Part shown: in pieces, positions 14,007-26,040 of the stretch
Numbering within the stretch: position 1 is the stretch's first letter
How the letters are laid out: each line of letters begins with the position of its first letter
From: Marsupella aquatica
Taxonomy: Eukaryota > Plantae > Marchantiophyta
DNA length: 64,000 nucleotides
Direction: 5' to 3'
Assembly: GCA_973895155.1 (NCBI GenBank)
Contig: OZ316896.1
Coordinates: forward strand, 15,934,576-15,998,575
Made by a program: the position numbers and the translations under genes
Notes under the pieces: generated by a model
What the model saw: only the letters and a program-made list of their open reading frames with translations
Told to the model about the DNA's origin: nothing
Databases searched by the model: none

Positions 14007-14341
14007 TGCACGACGACACTCAAGCTCGAGGCTCATTAAGAGCCTCCGTACATAGCTGCCCGCATACAAGCCCGGGCGAGTCAAAAAAAATTGAGTGTCA
14101 ATAGGGTATGAATGAACCCCACTTTTGGGTGGGGTGAATGATAAAAGTTTTCTTTGCTGACAGGGATTGAACCTGAGACCTCCCCTGCCCCACTGAGCAC
14201 TTCTACCATGCAGCCCATACACAGCTGGTGACCGCATTGAAACGCGCCCAGTATTTAACTTTATTCTCACGACATGGGAAGTGGACAGCTTAGTACGGGC
14301 TAATCGCATTGATTAGCCTCAATCTTGAGTCTCGTCCCTAA
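14007..14341. mobile_element. Non-autonomous TIR element (Mutator-type MITE) with 10-bp TSD and internal tRNA-like sequence
   Basis: TGGATTTTGA is repeated at 13997-14006 and 14342-14351, and the empty site is present in duplicate copy 1 (~13383-13392). Imperfect ~50-bp TIRs: GACGACACTCAAGCTCGAGGCTCAT versus revcomp GACGAGACTCAAGATTGAGGCTAAT. Confidence 0.75.
14155..14226 (-). other. tRNA-derived (SINE-head-like) sequence, not an intact tRNA
   Basis: Minus strand GCTG...GGCTGCATGGTAGAA...GAGGTCTCAGGTTCAATCCCTGTCAGCA: B-box GGTTCAATCCC in a T-arm-like stem, A-box-like motif, degenerate anticodon arm. Confidence 0.55.
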
Positions 14342-16207
14342 TGGATTTTGAGGGACATGTTTGAATAAATTCACTAGTGCACAATGTGTTCATCTTTATT
14401 TTTTGGCTGGTATTCTTGAAAGGCACATATGTGTTTATGCACTATCACCTTTTTTCCGATTGAACACTCATCACGTTGTCTGGCCTGCTTTTTTTGTCAT
14501 ACTCCACACCTCCACACCACACTGGATAATGTTTATGCAATCAATGCATAAATCTACTAACATGGATGATGGTCATCTTGAGGTATTTGCTTGATCGACC
14601 CCCAGAATGAAACTTGTTACCTGATCAACCCCGTGAGGTCTATCAACGATCCAGATCTGAGTTTGAAAGGTCCATGAATGGTCCAGATTGGGGAAAAGTA
14701 TCAAGGGGGTTGATTAAGCAAACCTTTTCCAGAAGGGGGTCTACTAAGCATATCTCTCTGGTCATCTTACCCTCCCATGCCAATACTGCACCTTGGAGTA
14801 GACCTTTGACTCTTTCTGCACACCACTAGGGTTCCAATACCACACCACAGGAATAGCACGGCCATCTGGCTACTCCTGCTCAGCACTAGGGCTCCCATAC
14901 TTGTACAACATCATTGAATGGCCCTTTGGCTACTCCACTAGGGCTTTGATACCCTTTCCACACCATGGAATAGTCGTTTGGATTCTCCTTCTCCTGCTTG
15001 CCACAAGGGCTCCTCCTGATAGATAGTACATGTACATTGTTTTGTCCACGCTAGGCCGCCAAGATTTCCTCCAAAAGTGTAGCTCTCCTGTTGCTTCGAG
15101 ATATGCAATGTCGGCACACTGATCATAGGAAAAGGTTGCAAGCAATTCAAAGTGGAAGAGTAGAAGTGGACCAGCTAGCTTCCTCTTCTTCAATTTAAAT
15201 TCCCCTCATTCAATTCCTATGTTGAATTCTGTCCTTTGAATATGGTTGACATGATTCTAATTTGTGGAAATATGTGTCATTGTAGATGGAGGGAGGGTCA
15301 AAGTGGGAAGTTTTGGAGGCATTAGGCGAGAGAAATCGGCTGGGGGAGTTTGGCAAGGAGTTTTAGTAGATGTGCTCTTGCTACAATGGTAGTCTCCTTC
15401 CAAAATGTATTGTCATTGTGTTCTTGTGTTGGAGTCATCATGTTAGTGACTTAAGCACATAGCCCGACATAGTACCTTAGTGTTGACATGTGTATTGAAT
15501 TGCACAGCCATGCACATGTATTTTAGTACTGTTGTGTGTGTTTGATTTGCTTTTGAGTGAGACAATACCATAGTGTTGTGTGTGTTTTAGTAAATCATCA
15601 TGTTGGTGACTTGAGCTCTGCGCAAGTGCTATGTGTTACAATTAGCCGTGTACTATCTAGTTGTCCCATTGAAGTGAGTGTCATTCAAAGAATTAGATGT
15701 CATTCAAGTTTTATTCCAAAAGGAAAGGGACTTGGTGGAGTTGAGATTGAAGCACCCTCGTGAGTGTTACTAGTGACTATTTTAATTGTATAGGTACTTG
15801 CATAGGTTGAAACACTGGCCAATCCCATTGTGCATGTGCTGCCAGTGCAAGTTACAACAAGAGAGTGTGACATTCTCAAGAAGGGGTAGTGGATAGTGCA
15901 CTCTTGCCAATGTCCAAGGCCCCATCTGCGGCCCAAGACTCAATACAGGTGCATTGCTTCCGGAGAAAGTTAAGCCAATGTGTAGAGTTAAGTAATGGTA
16001 TTACTTATTGTTAATTGATTGGGACTATTGTTGATAAATGGTACTCACCAAAGGCTGGTTTTTCTCCATTGTAGTTGTCCTCAAAATCTACAAAAAATGC
16101 ATTTTTCTCATCTATCAGTTTTGAGAAGCCTCTCAAGTTGATCCTGGTCTCCCACACGATTGGCTCTATGCCAAGAATATCAGCGTAGACGCGTTGCCTT
16201 GGTGAGG

Positions 16208-17690
16208 AGTGGTGGACCTCGCCACCCAGCGCCCTCGCCAATCCCAGCACTTGCGCCTAAGTGCCCTTGGTGCCCGAACGCCTCCACGGAATACCTCGAG
16301 CAAGCCTCCAAATGCCTCTAGCACCACCCGCGGCCACTCCCATACGAAGCCGCACTTGCTCACCTACACGACCGCTACTCACCGGTCCTCACTGTCTGCA
16401 CAAGCAACCAAGCACCTCGGTAAGTAACCCCACCGGATCTAGAACTCGCCAAGTCTAGCATCCTAACTCAAGCTCAACAGATGTTGGTAAATAGGTCAGC
16501 GATAGGTCCTCCCGATGCCATAAGCCGGAACCAGAACTCACGCCCACTGTCCGTCTAGGACAGCTCCTCCCTTGGGCGCGGCCCAGGTTCGCCCTCGTAC
16601 CTATCCATCACCAACTGACCGCCCTGACCTTAGGACATGCTCATGGCCCAAATAGCATAGCTTGTTCTACAGCTTGTCTCAACACGCCGGGACCAGAACG
16701 GCCCCGACTCTAACACCGACTCCCGGTTTGCCCCACTGCTGGTCTAGGGACAGAGCGCCCTCGGGACTCAATCTCCATACCTACTTGGCCTTGCCTCCCC
16801 AACGCAAGCTCCCTTGGGAGGTTGAACGCGGCTTGGCTGTTGTTCGGCAGGATTTGGCAAACAGGCGAGCTAACACTTGTAAACCATGAAAACCCATGGC
16901 ACCCCCAGACCCAGCTGAGCTCAAGAGGGCGTAGCCCTCTTCAAGATATTTCCAACGAACTCAAGAAGTCCTCCAACGGACTTCCCGTTGGGAAGATATC
17001 GCCATTTCCGTTTGGCAGTTTCCTTTAGTGTCGCGACTGCCGCGGCTCACGATTTCGGCTCGCCCTTAGCCCCCAGGGAGACACCACTCCCCTCATATAT
17101 GCTTCTGGAGACCTGCCACCCCCGGACCAGCTCTGGTCCCGAAACATTTGGCCCCCAACCCGGATCCCATCGCGCATAATGGGCGCGCCACCAATTGGCA
17201 ACGCCCATAACTTTCTTGATAGGCATCCGCAAGCGGAGTGCCTTAGCCCGTTGTGACCGGGCCAACCCAGTGCTCATGCCTAGGCCCTCAGGTCTGATCG
17301 CCGCTCGGGGCCCCCGACCGGCCCAACCCGGCTCGGGCCACAACTTGCGCCCCAAGCGTCCGTTGCCAATGGCGTCAACTCCATTGGCCTTGGGCCCAAG
17401 AGGAGCTCACTTCCAAGCCCTCAGAACTCAAAGACCATCCGACGGTCCGGACGGCCATCCATGAGCCCGGCCCATTTCCCCTTGACCCGACCAGCCATAG
17501 GCTAGTCCAAGTCCTTAGTTTGTGTCCCCAGCTTGGCCCCTTGCCTCGCCAGTGCCACGTCTCATTGCTCGCAAGTCTCCCCATGCTAAGTCCTCCCCGG
17601 ATGGCCTATCCGGGCCTGGACCATAAGGGAGCTCGGCGTCGGAGTCAGCGACGCCGGAGCTAAGTGTTAAGGTAGTCGAGTTCCGCGACT
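16208..17690 (-). repeat. 3' LTR of the chromovirus (1483 bp)
   Basis: About 97% identical to 23388-24890 (roughly 40 substitutions by eye, mostly transitions); termini AGT...ACT. Confidence 0.95.
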
Positions 17691-17694
17691 TGCA

Positions 17695-17703
17695 CCCCCC
17701 CTT
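17695..17703 (-). promoter_or_regulatory. Polypurine tract (PPT)
   Basis: Minus strand AAGGGGGGG followed by TGCA and then the 3' LTR. Confidence 0.85.
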
Positions 17704-18129
17704 AAAAATGGTCACGTCCGCGTGACCTAAGTAAACGTTCCAACACGCCTAGACCACTTTGGGCCTTAAAAAATTTTATGAGGTAACAAATGGTTTGCCC
17801 ATAAGGCTGATGCAAACCAGGTTGGTATGCGCATTCCAAACTTAGGAAATTCCAACCTATCCCACTTATCCGAGTAGGATGCCAGTCCAAACGGGTAAGC
17901 TAACTCCAAACTCGTCGGACCCCTTGTCCTCCCCTTGGGGCACTCCCCTTTGGTTCGAACTAGCCCGCCCACAGATGTAGGGCGGGCACCATCAACTTCC
18001 ACTCGCAAAAAGCAAATCAGCCGCCCAACAACCTCTAGCCCCAACGCAATCCGACTTTATCCTTAAGAGGCAGAGAGGAGTGAAACTAGGATACAACTCA
18101 CAAAGGTAGCTACAGTTGTCTGTACCAGT

Positions 18130-21100
18130 TCACAACGGCGGTAGGCCGCTTCGCTTATGATAGCTTCCAAGGATCTCTGAGGCATTACCCAAATTGTCCT
18201 CCGGTTCCCAAGTACTCTCGGCCTGATCATAGCCAGCCCACTTCACCAAATACTCTAAGATTTGCCTTCCCAACTTGCATTTGTAACGGTGGTCCAGAAT
18301 TGCCTCCACCTCAAACTCCTCCGCGTCCTCCACCAGCATGGCGTTCGGACGCAAGATCTGATCCCGGTTGGGATCATCGTCTTTGACAAATTTCTTGAGC
18401 CGGCTAACATAGTAGCTTTTGCCCACGCCCATTTCCTTGGGTGTCTCCAACACCACCGAAACCGGATTATCCTTGTGGGCCCATTGTATAATGCGATAGG
18501 GCCCCGCATATTTCGGAGCCAGCTTCCTACTTATGTTCCCATGGTATTGCTCAGGTCTCAACTGCAACCAGACGCTCTCCCCAATTTAAAAGCTTACCTG
18601 GCGTCGATGTTTATCCCCTTGCTCCTTGTACCGACTTTGGGCAAGGGTCATACCCTTGGTAGCCGCTTCCACAACTAGGCGTCGCTCTTGAATAAAATCG
18701 TCCGCCAAAGGAACCTTGCTTTCCGTCCGCCAAGCTTCCGGATTTATAAACCAGGAGGGCGCCCTTGGCGTCCTCCCTGTGGCCAACACAAACAACGCAA
18801 ACCCCGTCGCCGAATGCTTGGTCAAGTTATACCTAAACTCGGCCATTGTTAAATGCTTCGCCCAATCTTTCTGATTGGCTGTCACAAAGTGACGCAAGTG
18901 GTCATCCACAATACCATTAACCCGTTCTATTTGGCCATCTGTCTCATGATGATACGCTGATCCCCTGGTCAAGTCCGTTCCGGATAATTGGAACAACGCC
19001 TTCCAGAAATGGCCCGTGAACTTGGTATCGCGATCGGACAGGATATGCAACGGCAATCCCCATTGTCGGAAGACATTGTCAAATACTAGACCGACAATCT
19101 CTCGGGCCGAAACCATCTTCGTAGTAGGCAAGAAATACGCCATCTTGGAAAAACGATCCACGATTGTTAAGATGGAGTTACTGCCGTGGGACTCAGGTAA
19201 TCCAACAATGAAGTCCATGGAGATAGACTCCCATGGAGCCGCAGCTACTGGTAAGGGTCCTCCTTTTGCCCTATAGACCGTTCGGTTCTTTTGGCACGAG
19301 TAACAACTTTGCACATGTTGAAGGACCGATTGCTTCATGTCCAGCGAATACACATCTCGCGACATGCTACGATACGTAGCGGCTTGTCCTCCGTGCCCTC
19401 CCCAGGGCGAGTTGTGGTACTTTTGCAGAACCTCTAACCTTAGAGACTCTGGTATGTACACACGCCTCTGCTTGTATCGCCATAATTGGACATTGTGCGT
19501 CATATCCAACCCCAATGATACGTGCCTTACCTTGCCCCGACTACCCCCATTGCTTTGCCAATCCTTAGCTAACTTGTCATCCCCATACGCCGCGGCCAGA
19601 ACCTTTGGCCACTCAGATTCGAGCATCGTGATCCCATTGACACGATGTTGGCCCTTATGTGATAATGCGTCCGCTGCCGCATTTGTCTTCCCTGGAACGT
19701 GGCCGACTTTGAAGTCAAAATCCGCCAAGAACATCTGCCAGCGCATTTCCTTGGGGTTCAACCTTGGCTTAGAACTGAAATACCCGGCCGGCGAGCTATC
19801 TGTGTGGATTACCACTTTGGGACCGTTCTTAAGGTAAATCTCCCACTTCTTCAACGCGTAGATCACAGCATACATTTCCCTTTCCGACGTGATCCAGTGA
19901 TTTTCAAAATTACATGACTCGAAAGCCACAAGACGCCCATCTTGGTGAAGACAGGCGCCGATGGCATAATCACTTGCGTCTGTCCAAATCTTGAACGGCT
20001 TCCCCATCTCAGGTAACTTGAGAACCGGCGGCGTTATCATTAATCGCTTAAGTTCTAGGAATGCTAACTCGCAATCCTGTGTCCACACAAACATTTTGTT
20101 TTTCAACGTTAGCGCATTTAGGGGCCTCGCGATCCTCGCATAGTCTTTCATGTATCTCCGATAGAACCCCGTAAATCCTAAGAAGGCTCTAACTTGCCTT
20201 ACATTGGATGGGCGCTCCCATTATTTGATCTCCTTAAGCTTATCCTGACTAGGCGTAATCCCTTCCGGGGTAAAGGTATGGCCGAGGAACTGAATCTCGT
20301 TCATCGCAAACTCGCACTTGCTAGGTTTAGCAAAGAGACGAGCCTTACAAAGGCGAGAGAACACTTCTCTGAGCAACTGCTCATGCTTCTCCAACATTTT
20401 CGAGTAGATTAGGATGTCGTCAATAAAGACGACCACTCCTTGGTCCAACAAGTCATGAAAGATGGTATTCATCATCTTCATGAACCTTGCGGTTGCATTA
20501 CACAACCCAAACGGCATAACCAAAAACTCATAGGATCCGAACCTTGTGCGCATTGCGGTCTTATACTCGTCTCCCTTAGCCATGCGGATCTGGTAATACC
20601 CAGACCGCAAGTCCACCTTTGAAAAATTCTTCGCCCCGAAGAGGCAATCAAAGAGGTCATCCATATGAGGCAACGGGTACTTGTTCTTTACCGTCTGCTT
20701 ATTGAGGGCCCGGTAATCTGTGCACAATCTCAAAGTACCATCCTTTTTGGACACAAACAATGCGGGCGCCCCGTAAGGACTCTTACTAGGGCGAATGAAC
20801 CCTTGGTCGATCAACTCTTCCAAGGCGTTCTTCAACATCATTCGCTCGTTCAGGTTCAGATGATAAGGAGCTTTAGCCTGAGGAGCCGATCCCGGCTCCA
20901 ACTCAACTTGGTGATCCACTTCTCTCCGCGGGGGTAAACCTTTAGGTAGCTTCTGCGAGAGCACGTCGTTGAATTCCTCTAAAATTTCAGGAATTCGACT
21001 GCAGTCGGGCCCGACCTTAGCTGACTTGACCTTTGGCTGCGACGCAGCCTCCTTAGTTGGGTGGAGATGAAAGAAGAAACATTCATGTCCACCCTTGAAG

Positions 21101-23242
21101 TCTTTCCACCATTGCTTCGCCGATACACACGGAGACAACCACGACACTTTACTTACTTTAAGAAATCTTTCTTTATTTTTGGTAATTTCGTGTACAACGA
21201 TGGGCTCACCGCCCTTATTGGGAAAATGGAGCACCTCACCCCCCAGTTTCAAGGTAACATTGTGCTTTCTGAGATAACCTACCGACAAAATGAAGTCTAC
21301 GGCTAGACCTTCTAGAACGTAGAACATCTCCTGATAACAAAATTTTGTAGTTCGCCTATGACCTCTACCCGAAGTCTATGCACTACTCTCGACACTATCC
21401 CCTTCTTGTCGTTGGCGAACTTGCACACTAATGGTTGTAACAGCTCTTGCACGTCCACCCCAAGACGAGCTGCCGCCTGCCCACTTATGAAGCAGGCGGT
21501 CGCGCCTGTATCCACCAAGGCAACACCCAAATTACCGTTAGAAGTGACATTCACAAAAACCAGTTTTTCAGGATCCATTGTCTTAACTTTAGGTATCTTC
21601 TCTTGCAACAACACCCTCTCACCATCAGGGACATCCCCTACAGGGACCTTGTCAGCTACTAAGGGTTCGGTTAGAGTGATACTTACCTTAATGCTCTTCT
21701 GCCGTCCACCATCTCCGTTTGGCTTGCCACCTTTCGTGGAACAATCCTTACTTTGATGGCCCATGGCGCCACATGTGAAGCACGAACCTTCAGCCCGCCT
21801 CTGCTCCATAGTTGCCTGCTTCTTTGCTTTCTGTGCCGATGAGGCTCTTTTCTTAAAGTTGCCGGCCTTCCGGTTTCGCTTGGCTTCTCCATTCTGGGGC
21901 TGGGGATCCGAACCACCGGCCCCCGCCCCCTCAGGTTGCTTCCGCTTATTCCTGGGACCTTTTGCTTTCCCAGCTTCCCCCTCGGATCCCTTGCCACCCA
22001 CCTTCGCCAAGTCCGGTCAGTTATTCACCAACATAGTGGCCTTGTCGAAGGCGTCAAAAAGTGTTTTGAACTCATGACGCTTTTCCTGCAACTTTTCCCT
22101 GAGCAACGGCGGGAGCCTCACAATAAAGTTGTGAAGCTGTGTGTGTAGGGTCTCTTGTCCCGCCGGGATACATGCCAACTGATTCTAGTAATAAGTGATG
22201 AACTTTTGGATATCACCCCTGAAACTCATCTTCGTTACGCATTTCTGAGCATGTCGCTCCGGGTACTTAGTGGTGACATGAGCACGGAGACCCTCAACCA
22301 GGTTTCCCCAAGTTAACGGCAAGGAGGAGTCCTCTCACGACTTCTTCCATGACTTGTACCAAGTCAAGGCATAGTCCTTCAGGTAAGGAGCGGCTGCGGT
22401 AGCCCAAGTGGAACGCTCAACACACGCTTGGAGATGAATCTCCATCGTGGAGAGCCAACTTAGGAACTTTTGCCCACTTTGCTCGTAGGCCCCGTCGTAA
22501 GTTGGAGGAGTCGGTAGCTGGTTCACTTGGAACATACTCCGTCCAACTACCATTCCCCCCTCGGGATGTGACGCACTTTGACTACCCAGACTAAGTAAGT
22601 ACTTAATCTGGGCCCCCTTGTTGTGTTCCAACTGCTCATAAATGAGTCGTTGGTCTTGCATCAACGGGCCCAGACCGTTGTCAGCGGCCGGGCCCTTGCG
22701 GGTTGTATGCGGACAGTCCTCTAACCGTCTTTCCTTTGTGGGTCACCTGTCCTTAGGTTCTCTTGTGGATTTTGGTGAAACACCAGCGTTTTGCGAGTAC
22801 CATGACCTCCCGGGACTGAGGTATCACCCGCATCATCTTGGTTCTGCTTGGTCAAATTATCCATGATGATGTCCGGCTCGGCATCATCCTCTGGTTCCGC
22901 GTTCAACCCTCTCAAGGCTGGGATCAGTTCCTCCTCCGGGTCTTGACCCTCTTCCTCTGTCTCAGCTTCAGCGTTGTCGTCGCTTGCGGTTGCGTCGGAG
23001 TCATCGTCATCCGACCCATCCTCTGAAGGATCAGCCGCCTCCTTCCCTTTAAGTTGACGGCGCTGTGCACTTGACTTGTTTGCCGCAACGGTCGACGGTT
23101 CGGCCATTGCGTCTTCTTCATCCTGCTTGTAACGTTCGTCTAGGGAAGTCAACCCGTCCTCCTTCTGTTCATCTTGAACTTGGGCTCTCCCCTTGGTGGG
23201 GAGAGCCTGCTTGCCACTCTTTGCACGAGTGTTTTTAGCCAT
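18130..23242 (-). pseudogene. gag-pol polyprotein of the chromovirus, broken by stops and frameshifts
   Basis: CFTCGAMGHQSKDC zinc knuckle; LVDTGAT protease; RT DYRALN...VFIDD; RNase H TDASD; integrase H-H-C-C and SMDF...VDRFSK; chromodomain FEVEAILDHR...YLVKWAGY...STWEP. Confidence 0.95.
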
Positions 23243-23373
23243 GTTCCCAGCGACCAAATCTGCCTGCAGTCGACCCGCCGGGCACGTTGAAGCACTAAGT
23301 CCCCGCAAAAATCGGTTAAGATTTTTGGATTCCGACTTAGCACAACTCCGGCCCGATGTCTATGCCAGCAATC

Positions 23374-23385
23374 GCTCTGATACCA
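23374..23385 (-). promoter_or_regulatory. Primer binding site, tRNA-iMet
   Basis: Minus strand TGGTATCAGAGC, 2 nt (TG) after the 5' LTR. Confidence 0.92.
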
Positions 23386-23387
23386 CA

Positions 23388-24890
23388 AGTGGTGGACCTC
23401 GCCACCCAGCGCCCTCACCAATCCTAGCACTTGCCCCTAAGTGCCCTTGGTGCCCGAATGCCTCCACGGAATACCTTGAGCAAGCCTCCAAATGCCTCTA
23501 GCACCACCCGCGGCCACTCCCATACGAAGCCGCACTTGCTCACCTACACGACCACTACTCACCGGTCCTCACTGTCTGCACAAGCAACCAAGCACCTCGG
23601 TAAGTAACCCCACCGAATCTAGAACTGGCCAAGTCTAGCATCCTAACTCAAGCTCAACAGATGTTGGTAAATAGGTCAGCGATAGGTCCTCCCGATGCCA
23701 TAAGCCGGAACCAGAACCCACGCCCACTGTCCGTCTAGGACAACTCCTCCCTTGGGCGCGGCCCGGGTTCGCCCTCGTACCTATCCATCACCAACTGACC
23801 GCCCTGACCTCAAGACATGCTCATGGCCCAAATAGCGTAGCTTGTCCTACAGCTTGTCTCAACACGCCGGGACCAGAACGGCCCCGACTCTAACACCGAC
23901 TCCCGGTTTGCCCCACTGCTGGTCTAGGGACAGAGCGCCCTCGGGACTCAATCTCCATACCTACTTGGCCTTGCCTCCCCAACGCAAGCTCCCTTGGGAG
24001 GCTGAACGCGGCTTGGCTGTTGTTCGGCAGGATTTGACAAACGGGCGAGCTAACACCCGTAAACCACGAGAACCCATGGCACCCGCAGACCCAGATGAGC
24101 TCAGGAGGGCATAGCCCTCTTCAAGAAATTTCCAACGAACTCAAGAAGTCCTCCAACAGACTTCCCGTTGGGAAGATATCGCCATTTCCATTTGGCGGTT
24201 TCCTTTAGTGTCGCGACCGCCGCGGCTCACGATTTCGGCTCGCCCTTAGCCCCCAGGGAGACACCACTCCCCTCATATATGCTTCTGGAGACCTGCCACC
24301 CCCAGACCAGCTTTGGTCCCGAAACATTTGGCCCCCAACCCGGATCCCATCGCGCATAATGGGCGCGCCACCAACTGGCAACGCCCATAACTTTCTTGAT
24401 AGGCATCCGCAAGCGGAGTGCCTTAGCCCATTGTGACCGGGCCGACCCAGTGCTCATGCCTAGGCCCTCAGGTCTGATCGCCGCTCGGGGCCCCCGACCG
24501 GCCCAACCCGGCTCGGGCCACAACTTGCGCCCCAAGCGTCCATTGCCAATGGCGTCAACTCCATTGGCCTTGGGCCCAAGAGGAGCTCACTTCCAAGCCC
24601 TCAGAACTCAAAGACCATCCGACGGTCCGGACGGTCATCCGACGGTCCGGACGGCCATCCATGAGCCCGGCCCATTTCCCCTTGACCCGACCAGCCATAA
24701 GCTAGTCCAAGTCCTTAGTTTGTGTCCCCATCTTGGCCCCTTGCCTCGCCAGTGCCACGTCTCATTGCCCGCAAGTCTCCCCATGCTAAGTCCTCCCCGG
24801 ATGGCCTATCCGGGCCTGGACCATAAGGGAGCTCGGCGTCGGAGTCAGCAACGCCGGAGCTAAGTGTTAAGGTAGTCGAGTTGCGCGACT
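23388..24890 (-). repeat. 5' LTR of the chromovirus (1503 bp)
   Basis: Direct repeat of 16208-17690 with a 20-bp internal duplication (GACGGTCCGGACGG(T/C)CATCC) that accounts for the length difference. Confidence 0.95.
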
Positions 24891-25149
24891 TGAGGGCTTA
24901 CAAACTCTGGTTTGTCTTCCATTGGGAGCTCTTTCATTATCATTCGAGCACAGTCTACAGGGGTCATGGGCTGCAAAAAAAAGTTGCACATTTGGTAAGT
25001 TTAAAGTTGTTTGATAACATGACATGAATGAAATAAAATTGAGTGATTGTACAATGTAGGTTTGTACCGTGTGCCTTTGAGCTGGCTTTGCTAGTGTGGC
25101 GTTGTTTGCCCGGTTGATTGTTGCAATTGGATCTCGTGATGATTGCACA

Positions 25150-25548
25150 ACTACATTTTACGGCTGATTAACGGACTTTTAGAAGACGTTAATCACGACG
25201 TATATTGCCAGCGGAGGAAGGACCTCATTCACGACGTTAAGTACCACGTTTGGGGAGACGCTCTTTACCACGTCCAGCACATTGTTCTTAACGTCGTACA
25301 ATAGGAGGTATATGGTTTTACAACGTGTCAAACTACTAAAATATACCCAACGCTAGTGTTTAACTTTACCCATTAATGTCGTGTAAGGCTACGTAATGAA
25401 ACATTAACCACGTCTAGTATGTCGTAATGTGCCATGCACTAAACATCGCATTATTTTAGCGTCGTCCGTGGCCGGTAAATTAAGACCTCTTTTGAGACGT
25501 ATGGGTAAGTTGACGTAGTAGGGGACGATGTATCGTGCTCTTGTGGTG
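25150..25548. mobile_element. Possible CACTA-type terminus with subterminal repeats
   Basis: Dense GACGT/ACGTC motifs in both orientations; the right end reads CACCACAAGA on the minus strand. No matching opposite TIR found. Confidence 0.35.
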
Positions 25549-26040
25549 CGACGTACCTTGGCTTATGTAGGGCTCAACGATGTACTGGGGTGGTTAAAGG
25601 TCTTATAAAGGAGGATGTATACATGAGTACATACGTCCTATTACACATTGCACTGTCTGGGTGGGGTCCTTGTTAGGGTTCAGTTCACACACATACAATA
25701 CACTTATAACCATGATATTTTCCATATTGTAACCCGGAATGAGGTGCCACCACAAATGGGTAGCCTGAATCAAAATGGCAAAAAATATGTACATAATTAA
25801 TGCATGGAGGACCTCTTGCTACTGAAATACCTACAACCTAATGCCGTTGAGAATGGGGCCTATCACGTCCCGATCCTCCGCCTCGTCGCCGACGCAATTG
25901 ATACCTCTGGGCATCCTGCTCTGAGGCACTACTAAGTCTGCCTTCTGGTTCCGGTTCAGCTGAGGGTGGAGCCTTGCCTGACAAGGGCTGCGGCTCTTTC
26001 CTTTCAGAACCTGCTGATGAGTAGTCGTGGAGAGCCCTAC

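Larger units (their letters stand above)
13324..14830. repeat. Tandem duplication of a ~550-600-bp unit (13324-13938 and 13939-14830)
   Basis: Near-identical blocks (duplicated ORF translations at 13722 and 14614). Copy 1 has an extra internal ~68-bp duplication; copy 2 carries the 14007-14341 insertion. Confidence 0.9.
16208..24890 (-). mobile_element. Full-length Ty3/gypsy chromovirus LTR retrotransposon (Galadriel/Tcn1-like), decayed
   Basis: Two ~1.5-kb LTRs, 5-bp TSD TGAGG (16203-16207 and 24891-24895), tRNA-iMet PBS, PPT, and domain order gag-PR-RT-RH-IN-chromodomain. Clade assignment is by eye. Confidence 0.96.

Noticed and set aside
14155-14226. Functional tRNA gene
   Set aside because: Acceptor and anticodon stems do not pair properly; kept only as a tRNA-derived sequence.
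16210-17694. Canonical TG...CA reading of the left LTR (TGGTGG...TTGCA)
   Set aside because: The right LTR does not end in TTGCA, the shared sequence extends to AG before the TG in both copies, and no TSD fits those boundaries.
16209-17715. ORFs inside the LTRs, repeated at 23842-24863 and 59658-60751
   Set aside because: Repetition reflects LTR identity; frames are not maintained among the three copies.
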